Shown piece by piece: positions 60,810 through 64,000 of a stretch of 64,000 nucleotides of DNA. Under the pieces are notes generated by a model that ran no database searches, was not told the origin of the DNA, and was given only the letters and a program-made list of their open reading frames with translations. Origin of the DNA: Heteronotia binoei (taxonomy: Eukaryota); NCBI RefSeq assembly GCF_032191835.1, contig NC_083243.1, positions 28,396,001 to 28,460,000 on the forward strand. The letters are read 5' to 3'. The translations under genes and the position numbers were made by a program. Within the stretch, counting starts at the first letter, position 1. Each line of letters begins with the position of its first letter.

Positions 60810-61931
60810 GTAAGCACGAATGGTATTTTCAGGGGTTTATTTAATTAACCTCAAATTCCAAACAATTTGTTTAACCTTCCTTATCAAAAAAATAATTTTA
60901 AAGTTGATTCTGAATATTTTAAAACGCAGTACAAAAACCCTGTTGTGTTGTTGAGTAACCTGTAAGCTTACTCGATCCAAGGGTTATCAATATCTCCCTC
61001 TTCATGTGGTTGAGAAGTACGTGCAGTTGAAGAGGTGGTCTAAATGAGCCAGTGAGGCAGGACTCACCTTTTGTATATAATATGCTTGATGGAAACAGAA
61101 AAGAGGGCCATCTTTAAAGCTTAGCTTGAGCAGCTTGTCTTCCAGAGATTGACATAAGTGGCTTTCAGACTACAAGGGAACATCTCAAGAGGATTGGATG
61201 CAACATAAGAAACTGTTGCCAGAAAAAAACCCCCATCAAATCCCAGCACAGACCAACAACTGGGGCAGGCAACCTTAGAGGGTTTCTTAAAAAATATATT
61301 ATTACAGCTTATATCTAGTAGAAAAGAGCAAGAGTCCACTAGCACCTTAAAGACAGAATTTGTAGCCACGTGACAGAATTTGTAGCCACAGGAAGTGGTG
61401 GCAGCTATAAGCATAAACAGCTTCAAGAGGGGATTGGGTGAACATATGGAGCAGAGGTCCATCAATGGCCATTAGCCAGAAAGTATAGATGGAACACTGT
61501 CTGGGACAGCGATGCTCTGTATTTTTGGTGCTTGGGGGACAACAGTGGGAAGGCTTCTAGTGCCCTGGCCTCACTGATGGACCTCCTGATGGCACCTGGG
61601 TTTCGGCCATTGCGCAACACAGAGCGTTGGACTGGATGGGCTGTTGGCCTGATCCAATATGGCCTCTTTTATGTTCTTATGATTCCAAACAATTTGTTTG
61701 CTTATTATGAAAGCAATGACTCAGGAAAGCTCATATCCTGTCACAAATTTTGTTAGTCTTTAAGGTGCTACTGGACTCTTTGCTCTTTTCTACTGCTACA
61801 GACAAACACAGCTATCCATCTTGAGCTTATACCTACATGATCTGAAGCAGTGTTTATTTCGTTAGGGAGGGTTAGTTACAATTTCATTCAAATGATCTAG
61901 CTGGATTTTCTCATTTTAAACTGTATTTTAG

Positions 61932-62021
61932 TCTCGAACATGTGAACAACCTGAGAGAAATACAAGCGTTGAGGCGACTGAATCCACACCAAAACATCCT
62001 TACGCTGCATGAAGTGATATT
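61932..62021 (+). CDS. MOK: MOK exon 3 (SLEHVNNLREIQALRRLNPHQNILTLHEVI); gene continues beyond the right edge
   Basis: alphaC helix NNLREIQALRRL; TTTTAG acceptor, GTAAGT donor; 90 nt. Confidence 0.97.
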
Positions 62022-64000
62022 GTAAGTACCGTGTGATTTTTTTTTAACCACTTCCCATATCCTGTTTATTCTTCACCAGTGGGTTTTGTTTGTTAAGGAA
62101 ATGAGAATGTGGGAGGTGTTTGGTCATTCATTATTGAGGGGCTGTGGCTCGCTGGCAGAGCATCTGCTTGTTATTCAGAAAGTCCTGGGGTTCAATCCCC
62201 AGCTTCTCCAGTTTTTTGTTGTTTTCTAAATCAGGTAGGCAGTAATGTGAAAGCCTGAAACCCCAGAGAGCTGCTGCTGGTCTGAGTAGACAATACTGAC
62301 TTTGATGGACCAAGGATCTGATTCAGTATAAGGCAGTTTCATGTGTTTAGTTCAGCAACATCCATTAGATTAATATTTGAGGCAACTACCCTGCTTGCTA
62401 TTGAATAGTGACAGCCTGCCTTTTGCTGTGTGTGTGTCTGTCTCCCAAATTGGTAGCCAAGGGCCACCCAAGACATGAGAAAAGATCTATGGGCTCTACA
62501 TTTTTTTTAAAAAAAAAAAGTTAATAGCCAGAGAGTTCAGATTGGGGACTACAATGAAAGGATATTTAAGCTAGCAGACTGTAGTTGCACCACTTTACTG
62601 CCTCTGAACTGTTTGCTAAAAGCCAGCTGGCACCAGAGATGGTGAGAAATAAGCTTTACAAAACAACCACAGTAGTGGGAAAGTCCCAGTGCAAATCATC
62701 CAAGCCTCCAAATGGTTTCTCTTTTGCCCCACAAGGAGCTCAGGAAAAATGGCCCCAGAGCAAGCTAATTTATGCAGTAGCTCACAACCTTAATGCCAGT
62801 AGCTCATGAAGTAGAATTTTTGCTCACAAGACTCCACAGCTTAGAGGGAGTATTGATGATTTCTGCAGCAGGAAGTGAGGAATTCACATTACAAAATAAG
62901 GCAGAGAAAAGGACAAACCCAACCCTTCCTTAGGGCTGCAACTCCAATCCAAATAGGCTCCTCCTCTCACACTGTCACTATTATCTCTTTTTTTAAAGCA
63001 ATGCACACAGGGAAGACTCAGTGACAAATTTTTCACCATCGTATCTAGTTGTTCCCCGAGACCGCTGCTACTGGGAATGAGGGCCCTTGATCTTTTCAAG
63101 CGTGTAGTGTGAGCATTACACACATATCAATGGGGAATAGCTTTGGCATATTCCACTAAGGGCAAATTTTCCCAGTAAGCTCTTTGCACAATCCAGTTTT
63201 ATTTTATTTATTTATTTATTTTATGATTTATATCCCGCCCTTCCCAACAAGTGGCTCAGGGCGGCTTTTGAAATGCATTTTGAAATGCATCTCTCTCCCT
63301 GGTTTAATCACTGGTCTTGAGTGTGTATACGGTGCCAAAGAGACAAAGAAAATAAAGTTCGGGACTCAAGAATTTAAACTAAAGGAGTGTTGCATCTATT
63401 GTAAGAGACCATTGTGGTGCCTGTCTATTCTGTATGGGCAATAAATGATTGTCAGCTATGCTGCCTCCAGTTTTCACACTAGATTCTCGTGAAATTAAGA
63501 GCTGTGAGATGCTGCTATTAAATCCCATTATTCCGTACTCAAAAAAGAAGACTGGTTCTTCCTAGAGAAAAGCAGGGTTCTCTTGTCACTTGCCCGTAAC
63601 CAAATAGTTACTGATAATTTGAGAGTTGTTTACCTTAAAATGATACTGAGTGCCACATGTCACTGTTAACAGAGTGTAGGCAATTTTGACAACACAAAGC
63701 ATAGCTTTCATGTAGCTGAGGTGACAAGCACAGTTTCCTGCTATAAACTACCAAACTCTTCAGATGTACCACAGGACTCCTTTGTCATTTCTGATGCAGA
63801 CTGAGACACAGGTGGGGCCTCTTGGCTCTAGTAGGACAAAACCTGTTATTGGATATTCAGTTCTTTTTCACATTAAATAAATGTGTGTGTGTAAAGTGCC
63901 ATCCAGTCACAGACAGCTTACGGAGATCCCTGCTAGAGGCTTTCAAGACATGTGATTAAGCAGAGGTGGTTTGCTGTGGCCTTCCTCTGCAGAGTCTTTC

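Noticed and set aside
1-64000. CRISPR arrays, operons or other prokaryotic systems
   Set aside because: The window is spliced vertebrate DNA; no repeat-spacer array or bacterial or viral gene was seen.

Overview
Vertebrate nuclear DNA from a squamate, most likely a gecko (judged from its SINE and MITE content). The gene order TECPR2(-) / CINP(+) / ZNF839(-) / tRNA-Ile(AAT)(-) / MOK(+) matches human 14q32.31 as I recall it. I rebuilt exons by hand from splice sites and reading phase: TECPR2 coding exons 2-7 (gene continues off the left edge), complete CINP (5 exons, 205 aa), complete ZNF839 (8 exons, about 852 aa) and MOK exons 1-3 (gene continues off the right edge). The rest is mostly transposable elements: SINEs, CR1/L2/RTE LINE pieces, hAT MITEs, two solo LTRs and a rearranged Penelope-like element. 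I found no clearly novel biological system. The best leads are: (1) a phase-compatible chain of unannotated plus-strand exons with a CCAAT + RFX X-box element between CINP and ZNF839; (2) two apparent GC-AG introns in ZNF839; (3) a decayed remnant of the ZNF839 C-terminus in its 3' UTR; (4) an internally inverted Penelope insertion; (5) a CR1 internal fragment patched into a MITE beside the ZNF839 promoter; (6) a young CpG-rich solo LTR antisense in MOK intron 1. All homology calls are from memory; no database search was run. TE boundaries without a stated TSD are approximate.
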